Below, in pieces: positions 21,038 to 30,655 of a stretch of DNA of 64,000 nt; positions within the stretch are counted from its first letter, which is position 1, and every line of letters starts with the position of its first letter. The notes below the pieces were generated by a model. That model saw nothing but the letters and a program-made list of their open reading frames with translations. It was not told the DNA's origin and did not search any database. The stretch comes from Spirochaetia bacterium (GTDB lineage: Bacteria > Spirochaetota > Spirochaetia > DSM-16054 > Sediminispirochaetaceae): the NCBI GenBank assembly GCA_034520965.1, contig JAXHMY010000008.1, positions 32,001 through 96,000 of the forward strand, written 5' to 3'. The translations under genes were made by a program, and so were the position numbers.

Positions 21038-21883
21038 ATGTATAAGTTTGCATTTCACAACGCTTTAATCACCGGCGGGTCCAGTGGAATCGGTTTGGCA
21101 ACGGCGCAAAAATTGGTAGAGAGCGGGGTGAATGTAATGTTGGTAGCCCGGGATTATGAGCGGCTTGGGGCGGCCAAGAGGCGGTTAGAGGAACGTGCGG
21201 CCGAGGGAGCTGAGGTTTTAGTTGTGGCGGTGGATGTGTCCGACCGAAAAATGCTAGAAAATGTGCTGGCCCCGCTAATAATGAATGGCATCCCGCCGGA
21301 TTTAGTGGTAAACTGCGCAGGGATGGCGTATCCAAACTATTTTGAACAGATTGACTCCGAAATTTTCGATAAAACAGTGCAGATTAACTTAACGGGTACC
21401 TGGAATATCCTCAAATGCGTGGTTCCGACCATGGGGCCGGGGGGCCATATTGTGAATGTATCCTCGGTGGCCGGTTTGGTGGGTACCTTTGGGTACACCG
21501 CCTACAGTGCGAGCAAGTTTGCTGTAATTGGGCTGAGTGAGGCTCTGCGGAACGAGCTGTCCCAGAAGGGTATTGGCGTGTCGGTGCTGTGTCCGGCAGA
21601 TACGGATACCCCTCAACTGGAGTTTGAAAACCGTACCAAGCCGCCGGAAACCCGGGCTATTTCCGGGAATGCCGGCGTGATGAAGCCTGAACAGGTGGCC
21701 GAGGCACTGCTTGCGGGAGTGCGGAAGAAGAGATTCTTAATTGTTCCCGGTGCGCAGGCGAAGCTGGTGTACCTGGCAAAACGCTTGGTTCCGGGATTAT
21801 TATATAGAATAATGGATCGGGAAGCAAAGAAATCGTTAATAGTTTCGCATGCCGCTGTACGGCATGCGAAACGACGAAAATAG
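21038..21883 (+). CDS. short-chain dehydrogenase/reductase, 3-ketodihydrosphingosine reductase (KDSR/TSC10)-like
   Basis: TGGSSGIG, VAR, NCAG, VSS, GYTAYSASKFA, and PADTDTPQLEFENRTKPPETRAIS...KPEQVA resembling the KDSR C-terminal signature. Confidence 0.8.
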   Translation: MYKFAFHNALITGGSSGIGLATAQKLVESGVNVMLVARDYERLGAAKRRLEERAAEGAEVLVVAVDVSDRKMLENVLAPLIMNGIPPDLVVNCAGMAYPNYFEQIDSEIFDKTVQINLTGTWNILKCVVPTMGPGGHIVNVSSVAGLVGTFGYTAYSASKFAVIGLSEALRNELSQKGIGVSVLCPADTDTPQLEFENRTKPPETRAISGNAGVMKPEQVAEALLAGVRKKRFLIVPGAQAKLVYLAKRLVPGLLYRIMDREAKKSLIVSHAAVRHAKRRK

Positions 21884-21905
21884 CCGTATCCGGCTATTTT
21901 CTTAA
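21837..21905. repeat. double-hairpin dispersed repeat, family 2 copy A
   Basis: GTTTCGCATGCCG/CGGCATGCGAAAC and GAAAATAGCCG/CGGCTATTTTC stems; near-identical copy at 28484-28552. Confidence 0.85.
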
Positions 21906-21925
21906 AAGCATAGGAGTGGGTGCAT

Positions 21926-23154
21926 ATGGAAAACAAACAGCAGGTTGCTGAGATGAACAAAAACATTTTTGACAAATGCTACGACTTTAAGGAAGCTGCA
22001 GAGGCACGTACTTCGGGTATTTATCCTTTTTTTAAGCCGATTGAGCGCAGTCAAGGGACAAAGGTGTATATTGAAGGCCGCGAGATGTTAATGGCCGGCT
22101 CAAATAACTATCTGGGTTTGGCCAACGATCCCCGCCTAAAAGAGGCCGCGGAGAAGGCGGTGGAGCGCTACGGAACCAGCTGCTCCGGTTCTCGCTTTAT
22201 GAACGGCACTTTAGATTTGCATGAGCAGTTTGAGGAGAAGCTGGCCGAGTTTGTGGGAAAAAAGTCGGCGGTCTGTTTTACCACCGGATATCAGACGAAT
22301 TAGGGGCGATATCCGCGTTAGTGAATCGGGGAGAACATGTGATCACCGATAAGCTGAACCACGCCTCTATTATGGACGGGATTTTTCTTACTTTTGGTAT
22401 TCATAAACAGGTAAACCTGCACCGCTACAAACATAACAATATGGAAGAGCTTGAAAAAGTTCTTAGCAAGATTCCTAAGGAAGAGGCAAAACTCATTGTC
22501 ACGGATGGTGTCTTTTCGATGGAGGGGGATATCGTACGTCTGCCGGAGATGAAACGGCTGGCCGATAAGTACAATGCCGGGGTGTATCTGGACGAGGCCC
22601 ATGCAATCGGTGTGATCGGGAAGAGCGGCCGGGGGACCTGTGAATACTACGGCGATTCCGACCTGGCGGATTTGATTATGTGTACTTTCTCTAAATCCTT
22701 CGGCTCGATCGGCGGCTTTGTGGCCGGAGAGCCTTCGGTAGTCGATTACATTAAGCATTTTGCTCGACCTCTGATTTTTAGCGCCTCCATGCCGCCGGCC
22801 AACATTGCCGCGGCAATGCAGGCACTTGAAATTATGAAGATAGAGCCCGAACGGATTCAACGGCTGCAGGTAATAGCCGACAAAATGATCTCCGGCTTCC
22901 GGTCCCTCGGTTTTAATGTGGGAACGGCGGAAACCCCGATTGTTCCGCTTATTATAGGCGACAATAACAAGACCTTTGCCTTCTGGAAGGTACTCTTTGA
23001 GCGGGGCATTTATGTGAATCCGGTGATTAGCCCGGCGGTACCACCCAACCGTTCGCTGATTCGCACCTCCTATATGGCCATTCACTCGGATGAGGAGTTG
23101 GACTTCTTTCTAGAGGTGGCCGCGGAGGAAGGCAAAAAACTGGGAATAATTTAA
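21926..23154 (+). CDS. spt: serine palmitoyltransferase-like PLP-dependent alpha-oxoamine synthase (frameshift near 22300)
   Basis: [28 protein letters not shown](L)[22 protein letters not shown]-lysine motif TFSKS, FSAS; one added T joins both ORFs (about 409 aa). Confidence 0.75.
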
Positions 23155-23209
23155 ATTCCTGTTGTGATAGATTTTGTAAACAAGAATTATTGGAGTTAGT
23201 GAGGAAGAG

Positions 23210-24397
23210 ATGAGTGAAGAATTATCGTATATTTTAGTAAGCCCTTATACAATTGCTAAAAGCCGGACCGGAGGAGTTATTTCGAGGCTTCTCTCCCGCC
23301 TTGATTTAGAACTGGTTGGAGCCCAGATGTTTGCACCGACTAAGGAGTTAGCAGAAGAGTATGCGGAGCTTATCCGTACCAGCGGTACCTTTACCCGTAA
23401 AATAACCGGTGAATTGTTAAGCAACTATGTACTGGAAAGCTTTTCCCCTTCTACCCGGCGACACAGAGTGCTGATGCTGCTGTTCCGAGGAGAGAACGCG
23501 ACTCGGAAGCTTTCCGATATCGCCGGAGCAATTTATCCGGAGAACCGCGGTGTCGAGTCGCTCACCGGTGAAACGATCAGGGATACCTACGCCGATCTTA
23601 TTATGGATCATGACGAGCCCGATAAGGTGCGCTATTTTGAACCGGCTGTGCTTACTCCGCGAACTCAAGAAGTGGCTCTGCGCAACATGAAGCTGTTTGC
23701 CGACTTTATTAAAGATGAACCAACAATAATTCATAATATGCAGTATCCGGACCCGAAGCAGATAGAGCGGACTCTGGTTATTATTAAACCCGACAACTGG
23801 CGCTACGCAAGCTCGAGGCCGGGGACAATTATCGATATGTTCAGCCGCACGGGGCTGCGTATTATCGGTGTGAAGGTACATCGGATGTCGGTGAGCGAGG
23901 CTCTGGAGTTCTACGGTCCGGTAAAGAACGTACTGCGGGACAAGTTGGCACCTGTATTCGGGAAAAAGGCGGGGGAATTGCTGGAAAATGAGTTTGGATT
24001 GAAACTCAGTGATCAGACTGTCCGTTTTCTTACCGAGTCTTTCGGTGTTGAATACGCTGAAGATCAGTTTTCTCAAATAGTTGAGTTTATGTCCGGCCAT
24101 AAGCCCGAGGAGGTGCCGGTTGATGAGCTGAACGAACATGGAAATGTAAAGTGTATGGCCCTGATATATGAGGGGGAAAATGCTGTCCAGCGGATACGCG
24201 AGGTTCTTGGACCTACGGACCCAATGAAAGCTCCCGGTGGAACGGTACGGCGTGAGTTTGGACGGGATGTGATGGTAAATACAGCCCATGCCTCTGATGC
24301 ACCGGAAAATGCACAGCGGGAAATGAAAGTTATTAAGCTGGAGCAGAACAGCTGTTTTCAGATTCTAAATGACTATATTAAGAGCCAAGAAGCTTAA
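23210..24397 (+). CDS. ndk: nucleoside-diphosphate kinase, long two-domain type
   Basis: ERTLVIIKPD, LGPTDP..APGGTVRREFG, NTAHASD (catalytic His); N-terminal degenerate NDK-like repeat. Confidence 0.88.
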   Translation: MSEELSYILVSPYTIAKSRTGGVISRLLSRLDLELVGAQMFAPTKELAEEYAELIRTSGTFTRKITGELLSNYVLESFSPSTRRHRVLMLLFRGENATRKLSDIAGAIYPENRGVESLTGETIRDTYADLIMDHDEPDKVRYFEPAVLTPRTQEVALRNMKLFADFIKDEPTIIHNMQYPDPKQIERTLVIIKPDNWRYASSRPGTIIDMFSRTGLRIIGVKVHRMSVSEALEFYGPVKNVLRDKLAPVFGKKAGELLENEFGLKLSDQTVRFLTESFGVEYAEDQFSQIVEFMSGHKPEEVPVDELNEHGNVKCMALIYEGENAVQRIREVLGPTDPMKAPGGTVRREFGRDVMVNTAHASDAPENAQREMKVIKLEQNSCFQILNDYIKSQEA

Positions 24398-25677
24398 TGG
24401 AAATTTTCGATGTAGTAATTGTGGGAAGCGGACCGGCAGGTTTAGGGGCCGCTTTCGCCCTGCTTGAGAAACGCCCGGGTTTATCTATTTTGATTCTCGA
24501 CCGCGAACAGTACTCTACCGGCGGTTTGCGGAATGACTGCAAGATGAACTTTACCTTTCCAATTGGCTTTCCCCAGGAAAATTGGGAGCGGGAAGAGGCT
24601 GAGCACTACCTCGAACTGGTCAAAGCGGTACTGAAACCGAATATTTTGCCAAAAAAGAATCTACTCACCTACCAGAAGCGGGCGGAACGGCTTGGGGTTG
24701 AGCTGCTGAATGTACAGCAAACCCACCTGGGTACCGACGGAGGCTTGGAACTGATAAAGCAGCTTACCGCCCGGCTGCAGGAAAAGGATGTGAAGTTTGC
24801 CCTGAAGGAGGAGATGCACGGGATTTCCGAGTCGGAGCACGTAATTCACACCGATACACGCACTGTTGGATTTAAGTCGCTTATTGTTGCCCCCGGCCGG
24901 CAGGGCTTCCGCTTTCTGCAGAAGGTTATGGATGATCTGAACGTTTCCTATGTCGATCATATTGTGGATATCGGAGTGCGGATAGAAACCCGGGTCGAGC
25001 ACTACCCGATAGTCACCGATTATTACGATCCGAAGTTTATGTTTCCCGGCAAGGTGCGCACCTTCTGTACGAATAGCGGGAACGCGTATGTGGTCCAGGA
25101 GCGCTACCACACTCAGCATAACGAGGTGTATCACTCGGTAAACGGACATGCCTACTCAAAAAAGAGGGGCAGCGGGAACGGGCTTGCTAATTTTGCTATG
25201 CTGAAGACGGTGAGGCTGACCGAGCCCTTGGCCAGCGGTCAGCAGTTTGCCGAAATTCTGGGTATGCAGGCGGATGTACTGGGCGGCGGGCGCCCCCTGA
25301 TGCAGCGGGTCGGCGATTTTCGGCTTGGAAAACGCTCGAAAGAGAGTACCTTCAACGGTGACCTGTACGACTATCAGCCGACCCTGAAAACAGCCTGTCC
25401 CGGAGATATAAGCCTTGCAATGCCCTCGAAGATTCTGCGCGGCATTTGGAAGTCGATGAAGCAGCTGGATACCATTATTCCCGGGATTCTGCATCCCAGT
25501 ACCATTATGTACTACCCGAAGATAAAACTGTATGCCAATAAGCCCCAATATATGGATAAACATTTTCAGGTAGTAAAAGATGTCTATTTTGCCGGAGACG
25601 GGGCAGGGACCAGCCGCGGCATCACCGCCGCATGGGCCAGCGGGATACGGGTGGCCGAAGGTATTCTAAGTAAATAA
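24397..25677 (+). CDS. FAD-dependent oxidoreductase
   Basis: VIVGSGPAG, HLGTD, VDIGVRIE, RTFCTN, VNGHA, AGDGAGTSRG. Confidence 0.85.
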   Translation: MEIFDVVIVGSGPAGLGAAFALLEKRPGLSILILDREQYSTGGLRNDCKMNFTFPIGFPQENWEREEAEHYLELVKAVLKPNILPKKNLLTYQKRAERLGVELLNVQQTHLGTDGGLELIKQLTARLQEKDVKFALKEEMHGISESEHVIHTDTRTVGFKSLIVAPGRQGFRFLQKVMDDLNVSYVDHIVDIGVRIETRVEHYPIVTDYYDPKFMFPGKVRTFCTNSGNAYVVQERYHTQHNEVYHSVNGHAYSKKRGSGNGLANFAMLKTVRLTEPLASGQQFAEILGMQADVLGGGRPLMQRVGDFRLGKRSKESTFNGDLYDYQPTLKTACPGDISLAMPSKILRGIWKSMKQLDTIIPGILHPSTIMYYPKIKLYANKPQYMDKHFQVVKDVYFAGDGAGTSRGITAAWASGIRVAEGILSK

Positions 25678-25694
25678 CTCAGAGTATGTTATAA

Positions 25695-26201
25695 TCAGCT
25701 TTTACTGTACTCTTTGGCCAGTTCAATATATTCGGCCGTATTGCGCCTAATGGCATCTACTTCTTCCTGGGTGAGCTCGCGGGCGACTTTGGCCGGAGAG
25801 CCGATCAGCAGCGAACGAGGAGGAAACTTTTTGTGCTGAGTCACCAGTGCCCCGGCCCCTACAATACTTTCTTCTCCAATTTCCGCCCCGTCGAGCACTA
25901 TCGCTCCCATTCCGATTAGGCAATTATCGCCGATGCTGCAGGCGTGGATGATCGCATTATGACCTATAGTTACATTATCTCCAATTTTAACCGGAAGATC
26001 ATCGGCCACATGCAGCACAGTATTGTCCTGCACGTTGCTGCCCTTTCCAATGTATACCGGAGCCAGATCACCGCGAATTGAAACATGAAACCAAAATGAA
26101 CTGTCCTCCCCGGCATAGACTTCTCCGGCAATTTCAGCACTTTCGGCCACAAAGGCGGCCTGCTTTAGATTAGGCGTGTGTTCCTTATAAGTGTAAATCA
26201 T
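25695..26201 (-). CDS. gamma carbonic anhydrase family protein
   Basis: Hexapeptide repeats, RGD, NVQDNTVLH, TIGHNAIIH. Confidence 0.93.
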   Translation of the reverse strand: MIYTYKEHTPNLKQAAFVAESAEIAGEVYAGEDSSFWFHVSIRGDLAPVYIGKGSNVQDNTVLHVADDLPVKIGDNVTIGHNAIIHACSIGDNCLIGMGAIVLDGAEIGEESIVGAGALVTQHKKFPPRSLLIGSPAKVARELTQEEVDAIRRNTAEYIELAKEYSKS

Positions 26202-26274
26202 AGCGATGCTCCTTTTCAGTGTTCATTTTTTTGGCTTGACAGTGTGTACTGTAATATACAAAATAACAAAAACC

Positions 26275-26383
26275 TTGTGGAGAATTCGCATCAAATTCTT
26301 TGCAAATTTTTATATATCTTAACTTTTGGAGGCATTCTCAATTTGGATAGTCTATCCAAATTGAGAATTGCTGTTGTGGAGAA
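26275..26383. mobile_element. MITE-like palindromic element, family 1 copy B (inverted, one hairpin missing), including flanking direct repeats
   Basis: 26281-26350 matches the reverse complement of about 2991-3060; palindrome at 26334-26368; direct repeat TTGTGGAGAA at 26275-26284 and 26374-26383. Confidence 0.72.
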
Positions 26384-26389
26384 AAAAGA

Positions 26390-27529
26390 ATGAAAATTTT
26401 AATAGCTCCGGATTCTTTTAAGGGCAGCAACAGTAGTTTGAAGGTAGCGGAAGCAATTGAAGAAGGCGTGTGTCGTGTGTTTCCCGAAGCCGTGGTGGAA
26501 AAGGTTCCCATTGGCGATGGCGGCGAGGGGACAGTGGACGCTTTGGTTGAAGCAAATGAGGGCGAGATAATTACGCTTCAAGTGAACGGGCCCTTGGGCC
26601 ACCCGGTAGATTCCTTTTACGGGATTGTGGATGAGGGAACAGCGGTAATAGAGATGGCCGCCGCCTCGGGCTTAGATCTGCTGCCGGAACATCAGCGTGA
26701 CGTACTCCGAGCCTCCACCTATGGAACCGGTCAGCTTATTATGCATGCCCTTGAACAGGGAGTTGAAGAGATAATCCTGGCGATCGGCGGCAGCGCTACC
26801 AATGACGGTGGTACAGGGATGGCTGCCGCTTTAGGGTATCGGTTTTTAGATGACAAGGGCGAAGAACTGCCCCCCGGCGGGGCGGCGCTACAAAAATTGG
26901 CGAGTATCGATGACTCCCGGGTTGATCCACGGGTCCGGAAGGCTCGATTCAGGGTTGCTTGTGATGTAAATAATCCACTGTTAGGTGAACGGGGAGCCAG
27001 CGCAGTGTATGGTCCTCAGAAGGGGGCCGGACCCCAGGATGTTCAGACACTGGATGCGGCACTAAAGCAACTATCGAAGGTTGTGGAGCTGCAATTTGGG
27101 CAGAAGGTAGATGAGACTCCAGGAGCCGGTGCAGCCGGGGGCCTGGGATATGGACTGCTAGTATTTTGTGGTGCCACCCTAGAGAAGGGTATTGATATTG
27201 TACTCGATGCGGTAAATTTTGATGAGCGCTTAGAGAATAAAGATATGGTCATTACCGGCGAAGGTAAAATCGACGGCCAAACCGCCTATGGTAAAGTTCC
27301 CATAGGAATTGCATATCGGGCAAAGCAGAAGGGCGTACCGGTTCTGGTGATAGCAGGCGACATCGGAGATGGCATAGAAGCGGTGTATGATAAGGGTATC
27401 GATGCAGTTATGAGCACCGTCAATCGCGCCATGAGCCTTGAAGAGGCGATGGGAAACAGCAGGGCGCTGCTGATTGACGGTGCCGAACGTGCCATGCGAA
27501 TGATACGGATGGGCATGGACCTCTGCTGA
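26390..27529 (+). CDS. glycerate kinase (GlxK/GarK family)
   Basis: IAPDSFKGS, DGGEGT, IGGSATNDGG, GAGAAGG, TGEGKID. Confidence 0.95.
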   Translation: MKILIAPDSFKGSNSSLKVAEAIEEGVCRVFPEAVVEKVPIGDGGEGTVDALVEANEGEIITLQVNGPLGHPVDSFYGIVDEGTAVIEMAAASGLDLLPEHQRDVLRASTYGTGQLIMHALEQGVEEIILAIGGSATNDGGTGMAAALGYRFLDDKGEELPPGGAALQKLASIDDSRVDPRVRKARFRVACDVNNPLLGERGASAVYGPQKGAGPQDVQTLDAALKQLSKVVELQFGQKVDETPGAGAAGGLGYGLLVFCGATLEKGIDIVLDAVNFDERLENKDMVITGEGKIDGQTAYGKVPIGIAYRAKQKGVPVLVIAGDIGDGIEAVYDKGIDAVMSTVNRAMSLEEAMGNSRALLIDGAERAMRMIRMGMDLC

Positions 27530-27563
27530 ACGCTGCTATGGCTTGTTCAGCTGCTCAAGCCGT

Positions 27564-28454
27564 TCAGCTGCTAAGACCGTTTAGCTGTTCAAAAACTTTG
27601 TAAAGGCCTTGGGTCCCTAGGTTTTCCAATCCCAACGCCATCGCACTGGTATAAAATTGCTGTGCCAGTGCGAGACCCGGCAGGGCAATGCCCATCCGCC
27701 GTGCCTCATCCAGGGCGATACGCATATCCTTCACGAAATGTTTGATAAAAAAGCCTGGGTCGTAATTTCCGTCGGCAATTCTTGTTCCGAGATTGTTAAT
27801 AGACCAGGAAGATGCTGCGCCCTTTCCAATAACCCCGATTACTTCGTGCAAATTCATACCGGCTTTGTACGCATACAGAAGCGACTCTACAACCCCAATC
27901 ATTGTACTGGCAATGAGAATCTGGTTGCTCATTTTGGTATGCTGTCCCTTTCCAGGGCCGCCCATATAGGCGATATTTTCTCCCATAATGGCAAAAAAAG
28001 GTTGTACCTTATCGAAATTAGCTTGTTCCCCGCCTACCATAATGGCTAAAGTACCCTTGCGAGCGCCGACATCGCCGCCTGAAACCGGAGCATCCAGGGT
28101 ATAAAGTCCCTGCTTGACTGCAATGTTGTGTATATGCTCGGCCAGGGCGGGGGTCGAGGTAGTCATGTCGATAATGTAGCTGCCTTTCCGGGCGTTTTGA
28201 ATAACTCCTGATTCTCCCAGCATTACCTCTTCGAGATCCTGTGGATAGCCCACAATAGTAAAAATGTAATCGCTTTGTGCAGCCACCTCAGCCGGACTAC
28301 TGCACCACTGTGCTCCAGCATCCACTAATCCTTTGGCTTTCGCTTGAGTTCGGTTATATACATTTACATTGTACCCAGCCTGGAGCAGGTGTCCGCACAT
28401 GCTGCTTCCCATTACTCCTGTTCCTATCCATCCAACTGTTTCCTTTTTGACCAT
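27564..28454 (-). CDS. 2-hydroxy-3-oxopropionate reductase / 3-hydroxyisobutyrate dehydrogenase family protein
   Basis: GWIGTGVMG, DAPVSGGDVGA, TKMSNQ, FVKDM. Confidence 0.9.
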   Translation of the reverse strand: MVKKETVGWIGTGVMGSSMCGHLLQAGYNVNVYNRTQAKAKGLVDAGAQWCSSPAEVAAQSDYIFTIVGYPQDLEEVMLGESGVIQNARKGSYIIDMTTSTPALAEHIHNIAVKQGLYTLDAPVSGGDVGARKGTLAIMVGGEQANFDKVQPFFAIMGENIAYMGGPGKGQHTKMSNQILIASTMIGVVESLLYAYKAGMNLHEVIGVIGKGAASSWSINNLGTRIADGNYDPGFFIKHFVKDMRIALDEARRMGIALPGLALAQQFYTSAMALGLENLGTQGLYKVFEQLNGLSS

Positions 28455-28483
28455 TTTGAACCTCCAAAATCATATTTACTCTG

Positions 28484-28552
28484 TAATAGTTTTGCATGCC
28501 CCTTTGCGGCATGCAAACCGACGAAAATAGCCGTATTCGACTATTTTCTTAA
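28484..28552. repeat. double-hairpin dispersed repeat, family 2 copy B
   Basis: Same length and orientation as 21837-21905, with few substitutions. Confidence 0.85.
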
Positions 28553-28620
28553 TATTAAATTTGCTATAGTCTATATTACTATATTATCTTACCACGTTTT
28601 GAGAGCCAAGGGGGGGGAGC

Positions 28621-29031
28621 ATGGAAAAAATTACTCAAGAAATAAGAAAAGCGCATATGCTGGCAGTAGAGGCGCGTGGTCATGCATATGCTCCTTACTC
28701 AGGGTTCCAGGTAGGCGCCGCACTGATAGCAGAAGATGGAACGGTGTTTACCGGCTGTAATGTTGAGAATGCAAGCTATGGTGCTACTATCTGTGCTGAG
28801 CGGGGAGCAGTAATGGCTGCACATGCAGAGGGACAGCGGCGGTTCCGCGCCCTGATTGTAGTGACCTCTGCAGTGCCCCCTTCAGTCCCGTGTGCACTTT
28901 GTTTACAGGTTTTAGCTGAGTTTTGTCCGCTTGATTTTCCGGTGTATACCGCCGGAATTGAAGAGATAGGCAACAAGGTAACATTGGGCGAACTACTTCC
29001 ACATCCCTTTAACGAGGTCCCTTCTAATTAA
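28621..29031 (+). CDS. cdd: cytidine deaminase
   Basis: AYAPYSGFQVGAA, GCNVENASY, CAE, PCALC. Confidence 0.95.
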   Translation: MEKITQEIRKAHMLAVEARGHAYAPYSGFQVGAALIAEDGTVFTGCNVENASYGATICAERGAVMAAHAEGQRRFRALIVVTSAVPPSVPCALCLQVLAEFCPLDFPVYTAGIEEIGNKVTLGELLPHPFNEVPSN

Positions 29032-29036
29032 GCTGT

Positions 29037-30640
29037 ATGGATAAATTATTAGAGTTCTTTGAGACACTGCTTTTATATGTGATCTACCCAAGGACAGAAG
29101 ACCGTGATAGGCGGTTGGAGCTGCGAAGAATTTGGCGTGAGCTTCGCTACATGAAACTTGACTATATTGATCAACACGGGAAAAAGATAGGCTCAAGCTA
29201 CGCCTCAAAACAATATTCCCTTTACAAATTAATTAGCACCCTCAGAAAAACTCTACAGCTTCCTGCTCAACGTCAGGAATTGTTGCAGGAATCTGATCTA
29301 TTGGAATACCTAGTCTTACATCAATGCGATCCTCAAATCCGGCGAGGGCTGAACGGTTTCTCCTACGAGTCGCTTTTAGACCGAATCACTCATGCCTCAG
29401 ACCGTGAAGCAGCATGGAAATCGGTGGAGCGGGAGTGGGCTGAAATTGTAAGGCATATCTCCGGGCTTGCACAGCAGAAGCTTAATAATGATCTTTTTCA
29501 GATGGAACTCCTGTATGGATTGATGGAGTTTGATTTTCCATCCCTTTTTAAATTGTTTGACTCGTCCTTTGGTGAAGGCCAGCCTCAGCAAATCCCCAGG
29601 TTTAGCGATGTTTTAGCGGCATTGCTGAATCAATACTTACTTGATTTCTATTTTATCACTGCCCATTTAAGGGTTACCCCGAATTTACGAATGTTACTTA
29701 TTAACCTGTTTGAGTATTACAATGAGGAAGAAACCAGCCCTCTATCGGCAGTGCGGGAGAGCATTGACTACATTGAACTACTCTTTGAAAACGAACTCTC
29801 TGAAAGTACCCACCGCTCACTCATTCAACTAAGTCAGCAAGATACAGATTTCGAACCGGAGGCGGCATCTGTAAGTCATAATTACGTTGAAGAAGTACAG
29901 ACAAAGCTTAGAAAACGTTATGAAAGTAGTCGCGACCTTGTAAAAAGGGAATTGGCCGAAGCTCAGCTCAAAGACAGCATCGGAGATTTACTTTCGGGCC
30001 ATGCTTTAGTTGATCTTCACGGATACACCCGTGAGAATGAAGAACCTTTTCTTGATCTCGGGCTGAATGGCTTTCTATATACGCTGCCTCTACAGGTAGT
30101 AAAAACATACTACCTGTCCATCTTTTCAAAGGGGCTGCTTGGTTCACTGCGGAAAATCTATGAGGATGGACATTACGAAAACAGGGAGTTTCAGCAGGGA
30201 TATGGCGAAGCTCTTCGAGAGTTTTCTGCAGTTGCGAGTCGGATAGATCACTTTGAAACTCAACTTCAACAGCAAAGCGGTGCATCCATTGAAGGTATGC
30301 AAAAAATGGCCCGCCTTAGTGGTTCTTCTTTACAGAATTTTGAGGTGATAGAGACGTTTTTAAATGACGTGAATCGGAAGGCCGTAAAAATACTGGTCTG
30401 TACCGGAAAATCGGCGGAAGAACTCCACAGGCGAATAGGAGCGATTATCGGTGACCATCGGTCTGCAAATCCCAAGTTTATATCCAACATAAGGGTAATC
30501 GGCGGTGACAGAAATCGTGATATTCTCATCCGGGTAGACCAAGCGTACCAAGAGCTGGGCTACTGCTAAAAATTATGCGAAGCTATACAGTCATAGGTGA
30601 AGTACCTTTAGCAGATGACACCTGTGAAAGAAGTGCGTAG
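29037..30640 (+). CDS. helical hypothetical protein (possibly DUF5312-like); probable frameshift near 30560
   Basis: 510-aa ORF stops at 30569; an alternative frame continues LLKIMRSYTV... to a stop at 30640. Confidence 0.55.
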
Positions 30641-30655
30641 TTCATTCTTCTTTTA

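Noticed and set aside
21926..23154. 8-amino-7-oxononanoate synthase (bioF) or glycine C-acetyltransferase (kbl) call
   Set aside because: The TFSKS motif, the YPFF N-terminus and the KDSR-like neighbour fit SPT better, and there are no bio or tdh genes nearby. Not excluded without a phylogeny.
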